64,000 nt of DNA from Collinsella sp. (GTDB lineage: Bacteria > Actinomycetota > Coriobacteriia > Coriobacteriales > Coriobacteriaceae). The DNA is taken from NCBI GenBank assembly GCA_036551635.1, contig JAXKEA010000010.1, positions 8,891-72,890 on the forward strand. The letters are read 5' to 3'. This document shows, in pieces, positions 59,992 through 64,000 of the stretch (within the stretch, counting starts at the first letter, position 1; every line of letters begins with the position of its first letter). Both the position numbers and the translations under genes were made by a program. The notes beneath the pieces were generated by a model that was not told the DNA's origin, made no database searches, and saw nothing but the letters and a program-made list of their open reading frames with translations.

Positions 59992-60617
59992 GGCTCATCG
60001 TTGTCGACGACGACCGCCTAGTGGTCGATTCGCTCAAGATTATCCTGGGCGCCCAGCCGCAGATCGAGGTGGTGGGCACCGGCGCCAATGGCGACGCCGC
60101 AGTGGCTCTCTATGCCGAACACGCACCCGATATCGCGTTGCTCGACATTCAGATGCCGGGGCGCGACGGACTTTCAGCCGCGCGCGAGATCCTTGAGCAC
60201 GACCCTGCGGCGCGCGTGGTGTTTCTGACGACGTTCTCGGATGACGAGTACATTGTGTCGGCGCTCAAGCTGGGCGCCCGCGGTTACCTGATCAAGACCG
60301 ATGTCGCCGCCATTCCGCCAGCGTTGGCGCAGGTCATGGCTGGCAAGCGCGTGCTCGAGGGCAAGGCGATCGGGGATGTCGACTTTGATGGGGCGGACGC
60401 CGAAGCCGGCGCGACCCGCCGGCCCGCGGCCTTTGCCGGTCTGACCGACCGCGAGTTCGAAGTCGCCGAGCTCATCGCCCGCGGCCTCGACAACAAAGAG
60501 ATCGCCGCCACCGCCTACATGGGCGAAGGCACCGTGCGCAACCACATCAGCTCAATCCTGGCAAAGATGGGCCTGCGCAACCGCACGCAGATCGCTATCG
60601 CCTACCTGCGAGGGTAG
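59988..60617 (+). CDS. NarL/LuxR-family response regulator
   Basis: VVDDD, LLDIQMP, LTTF, LTDRE..GLDNKEIA..GTVRNHIS. Confidence 0.95.
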   Translation: MRLIVVDDDRLVVDSLKIILGAQPQIEVVGTGANGDAAVALYAEHAPDIALLDIQMPGRDGLSAAREILEHDPAARVVFLTTFSDDEYIVSALKLGARGYLIKTDVAAIPPALAQVMAGKRVLEGKAIGDVDFDGADAEAGATRRPAAFAGLTDREFEVAELIARGLDNKEIAATAYMGEGTVRNHISSILAKMGLRNRTQIAIAYLRG

Positions 60618-60637
60618 TTGCCCGAAGACCGACCGTT

Positions 60638-61045
60638 CCGGCATAGCAAAATGGCTGCTACCGATTTAAGGCCATTTCAAAACTATGCCGGTTTACGGGG
60701 CCAAACTCAGGACCCCCATCCATACCCGCGTTTTCTGCAAAATGACGGCTCGTCTACCTGCGGTTTTATTTTCACGAATATCGGCATGGTTGGAGACTCG
60801 TAACTCAGCCCCGTAAACCGGCATAGTTTTGTTCGGGCGGCCCTGGACGAGTGCCTCCGCCAGCCTCGCGGGACCAAAATGATCCGTTTTCCTCCGTCCC
60901 CAAGGGATCAGCCGGAACCGCTCGCCACGAAATCGGCCCATCTACTACGTTTGACGCGATACCCATGACCATACCTTCGTTTTGAACAAAACCACAGGCG
61001 TTCTACCTGCGGTTTTGTTTTCGCGTTTTTTGGCATGGTTGGGGG
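60638..61045. repeat. Composite non-coding repeat region: a perfect 24-bp IR enclosing a ~75-bp unit that recurs downstream
   Basis: CAAAACTATGCCGGTTTACGGGGC (60678-60701) / GCCCCGTAAACCGGCATAGTTTTG (60808-60831); unit CCATACC..TCTACCTGCGGTTTT.TTTTC.CG..GGCATGGTTGG at about 60720-60793 and 60969-61042. Confidence 0.82.
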
Positions 61046-61098
61046 TAAGGGGCTAAACGTAGTAGATGGGCCGGTTTCGTGGCGCGCCCCCGGCGCAT

Positions 61099-61139
61099 AA
61101 AAGCGCCGCCACGGAGGAGGGAGATGCCTCCGTGGCGGC
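61099..61139 (-). terminator. Terminator after the surface-protein gene
   Basis: GCCGCCACGGAGG / CCTCCGTGGCGGC stem followed by TTTT on the minus strand. Confidence 0.7.
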
Positions 61140-61214
61140 TGGGGGTAGGAGTAGGTCGGAATTTAGCCCTGCCGGCCGCCCGGGGCCTTTTGGCCCCGGG
61201 CGCTGCCAGCGTGC

Positions 61215-63998
61215 CTAGCGCTTACGGATACCCCAGACCAGGGCTCCGACGCCGGCCGTGGCGATGACAAATGCCATAAGCAGAGCGGCAGCCTGCTGGT
61301 CGCCTGTGGCGGGCAGGAAACCCTTGACCGTCTTAACGATGTTCGTCACGGTCTTGGGCGTGCCGGGATCGGGCGTCGGCACGGGCGTCTCGGGCTTCTT
61401 GTACGTGTTGTTGAACACGATACCCTCGACGCTCTTGTCGCCCTTGGTAAAGGCAACGTTCGCCTTGAGGTTGCCCTCGCCGTCGTCGACCACGTTGACG
61501 GTCGCGGTAAAGACGGACTTGTCGTAGGTCATACCGGCCTCGTCGCCCTTGACCTCGCTGATGGTGTAGACGTACGTACCGGGCTCGTCGTACTCGAACT
61601 TGTCGAAGTTGATCTTGCCGTCGGCATCGTTGGTAACCGTAGACTCGATGTCCTCGCCAACGAGCTTAAAGCTAAACTCGTCCTTCTTGAGCTCGCGTCC
61701 CTCGAGCACCTTGATGGCGCCGATGGAAACCTGTGTGGGCATGGCGTGATACTTGTTGGTAAAGCCAGCCGACTCGGTGGTTCCCTCGAGCTTGTGCGTC
61801 GCGGTCAGCGTGCCGTCGCCGTTGTCGGAGACGGTGGTCACGACGGTGTAGGTCGTGCCGTCATAGGTGACGCCCTTGTACAGGCCGAGCGCGTTGGGGC
61901 AAGCCTCGCGCAGCGTGTACGTGTGCGTACCGGGCGCCTCGTAGCGGATCGGGCTCAGCGTAACGTTACCGTTGGCGTCGTTGGTGCCACTAGCGACAGT
62001 CACGCCGTCCTCGAGCAGCTCAAACGTGAACTCGCCAGCTGCAAGGTCGCGGCCGGTCAGACGCTTAACCGTCTTGACCTGATCGGTCACGGAAGAATCG
62101 GTAGGTGCCACGCCGTACGTGTTGGTGAACGTAAAGGCCGCACCGTCGCCGCCGTCGCGCTTGACGATCAGATGTCCGGCACCGTCATCGGTCACGGTGT
62201 AGGAAACCTTGCGCGTGGCGTTGGTGTCGTTGGTCACGCCAGGGGCGCTACCGGACTCGGCCACCGTGTAGGTAAAGGTGTGCGAGCGCGGGGCAGCGGG
62301 ATCTGCGGGCTCGGACTCGTCGCTGGGCTCGTCGGCGTTGGCATCAGCGTCGGCGTCGGCCTCTTCAGCCTCTGCCTCGTCGGCCTCGGCTTCGTCAGCT
62401 TCGTCTGCCTCGGCCTTATCGGTCGCATCGTCCGTCACGCCCAGAGCGCGGTTGAGGTCCTCGAGCGTAAAGTGGATCTTGCCAAAGTCCACGTTGCCAG
62501 CCGCGTCGTTGGTTGCGGTCGTGCGCTCGGGCATCGGGGCACTAGCCTCGTCGGCGGTCACGGTAAAGGTGAACTTGCCCGTAATGTCAGCCGGGGTCAG
62601 GCCCTCGGCAGCTTGGAGCTTCTTAGTGCCGGTGAGCGCGGCATCGACGGCTTCGGCGCCGTAGACGTTCTCGAACAAGGGCTCGACGCCGCCGTAGTCG
62701 ACCGTTGCCGTCAGGGTACCGTCACCGTTGTCGACGACGATAACCTTAAAGCCAAAGCTCCACGTTGTAGCGGAAACGCCATTCGGCAGCCCGAATAAAT
62801 CTTCGTAGGCCGTGTAGTTAATGGTCCAGGCAAGCTTACCGTCCTTATCGGTACGATAAGCAAGCCCAGCAGCCTCAAGATTAGCAAGCATCTTAGTGTC
62901 GTAGTGCAGCGTATCAAAGCTCACGTGCCCGCCGATATTGGGCTTGAGGTTTTCGTGTGCCACAAGCTCACCCTGATAGGCGATGCCGAACCAGAACTCG
63001 CCGTCGGCCATCGGGCGGCCGGTCAGAGTCTTGGTGGCAACGACCTGAGCGGCGGTGCCGCCAGGCGTGTTGGTCGTAGCGCTGTAACTGTTGTGGAACG
63101 GCACCAGGGCCTTCTCGACCTTGTTCTCGCCACTCTTGTGGACCGTCTCATGCGTGCCCTCGGGACCGCCGGAAACGGTCGTCGTAGCAGTGAGCGTGCC
63201 GGCGGTGTCGTCGGCAATGGCGATCGTCACCGTGCGCACGGCGTCGTCGTAGGTGTAACCGGGCTGGCCGTCGTTCTTCTCGGCCACGGTGTACGTAAAG
63301 GTCTTGCCGGCGTCAGCCTGCGTAAATATAACCTCATGACCAGCCAGAATGTCGATCAGTCCGACCGTTGCCTCTGCCGCTGCGGGGGACTTGAAGCTAT
63401 TAGCCCCGGGCAGCAGACCGAGCGCGCGAGCCGAAGCGTCGTCAGCAGGTGTCACGGTAAAGGTGAACTGACCCTCGGTCATGGGGCGGCCGTCCAGATA
63501 CTTGCTGAGCCACAGACCGCCGGCAGCGGTGTAGTTGAGCTCAGAGCGATACGTATTGGTAAAGCGTCCGTTTTCCTTCTTGGTGACGTTGGCGGTCAGG
63601 GTGCCATCGCCGTCCTCGGTCACGGTCACTTCGGTGGTCGCGACATGGGCGTCATACGTCATGCCGACCGTGCTGCCCGCGTTCTCGCGGATCTCGTACT
63701 TGTAGGTTCCGGCAGCCGTGTAGTGAATCTTGCCGAACTTGATGGCGGCGATGCCGTCCTTCGCGTCGTGATTGCTCACGGTTACGGTTGCAGGATTGGG
63801 CAGCGGGGCGCCATCGGGAGCGGTGATCGTAAAGCTGAACTCGTCCCCATCCGTCCACTCGCGACCGTCGATGGCCTTGCTCAGGCCAAAGTCGAGGTCC
63901 GCATCGGCCGGGGTCACGCTGTAGGAGTTCTCGAAGGTCGCAGACGTGGCGCCCTTCGCGTCCTTCAGGACATGCTCGGCCTTGAGGGTGCCGTCGCC
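61215..63998 (-). CDS. Sortase-anchored surface protein with tandem Spy0128/FctA-like isopeptide Ig repeats; 5' end lies beyond the window
   Basis: Repeated K.L.GR...EF.F / Y.Y...E / TYD / F.N.Y units; LPATG, TM and RKR tail. The frame is open to the window end. Confidence 0.9.
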   Translation of the reverse strand, partial: GDGTLKAEHVLKDAKGATSATFENSYSVTPADADLDFGLSKAIDGREWTDGDEFSFTITAPDGAPLPNPATVTVSNHDAKDGIAAIKFGKIHYTAAGTYKYEIRENAGSTVGMTYDAHVATTEVTVTEDGDGTLTANVTKKENGRFTNTYRSELNYTAAGGLWLSKYLDGRPMTEGQFTFTVTPADDASARALGLLPGANSFKSPAAAEATVGLIDILAGHEVIFTQADAGKTFTYTVAEKNDGQPGYTYDDAVRTVTIAIADDTAGTLTATTTVSGGPEGTHETVHKSGENKVEKALVPFHNSYSATTNTPGGTAAQVVATKTLTGRPMADGEFWFGIAYQGELVAHENLKPNIGGHVSFDTLHYDTKMLANLEAAGLAYRTDKDGKLAWTINYTAYEDLFGLPNGVSATTWSFGFKVIVVDNGDGTLTATVDYGGVEPLFENVYGAEAVDAALTGTKKLQAAEGLTPADITGKFTFTVTADEASAPMPERTTATNDAAGNVDFGKIHFTLEDLNRALGVTDDATDKAEADEADEAEADEAEAEEADADADANADEPSDESEPADPAAPRSHTFTYTVAESGSAPGVTNDTNATRKVSYTVTDDGAGHLIVKRDGGDGAAFTFTNTYGVAPTDSSVTDQVKTVKRLTGRDLAAGEFTFELLEDGVTVASGTNDANGNVTLSPIRYEAPGTHTYTLREACPNALGLYKGVTYDGTTYTVVTTVSDNGDGTLTATHKLEGTTESAGFTNKYHAMPTQVSIGAIKVLEGRELKKDEFSFKLVGEDIESTVTNDADGKINFDKFEYDEPGTYVYTISEVKGDEAGMTYDKSVFTATVNVVDDGEGNLKANVAFTKGDKSVEGIVFNNTYKKPETPVPTPDPGTPKTVTNIVKTVKGFLPATGDQQAAALLMAFVIATAGVGALVWGIRKR

Positions 63999-64000
63999 GT

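Noticed and set aside
62310..62430. DGR variable region or nucleotide repeat array
   Set aside because: It is a low-complexity acidic linker (EADEA) within the CDS; no template repeat or reverse transcriptase was seen.

Overview
High-GC bacterial chromosomal window. Gene content and codon style suggest Coriobacteriia, probably Collinsella-like (inference). No rRNA, tRNA, CRISPR array, transposase, integrase or phage genes were recognised. Main content in order: (1) a carbohydrate locus split into two parts (1-5688 and about 19.3-34.7 kb) with two DUF4038/apiosidase-like glycosidases, two PTS systems, two serine hydrolases, an L-fucose-isomerase-family enzyme, a split transketolase, an FGGY kinase, two ROK kinases and two LacI regulators, sharing an operator-like motif; I read it as a candidate PTS-fed apiosyl-glycoside/D-apiose pathway; (2) a Zn-ribbon/SPFH envelope operon; (3) a three-gene sensor system whose first gene is frameshifted; (4) a GH1 6-phospho-beta-glucosidase; (5) an AAA-ATPase/wHTH gene bracketed by ~190-bp direct repeats built from alternating inverted 15-16-mers; (6) DUF4867 and luxS; (7) nucleoside hydrolase, ribokinase and oatA; (8) an mgtE-NRAMP(NRMT) magnesium operon with a candidate 10-aa leader peptide; (9) housekeeping and envelope genes, including a degenerate NodB protein and a stand-alone cyanophycin-synthetase N-domain protein; (10) two ABC exporters, one with a divergent two-component system; (11) the 3' part of a sortase-anchored repeat protein. 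Intergenic DNA holds many GGGAC-core REP-like palindromes and several MITE-like inverted-repeat elements. All family calls come from recognising motifs by eye, not from database searches.
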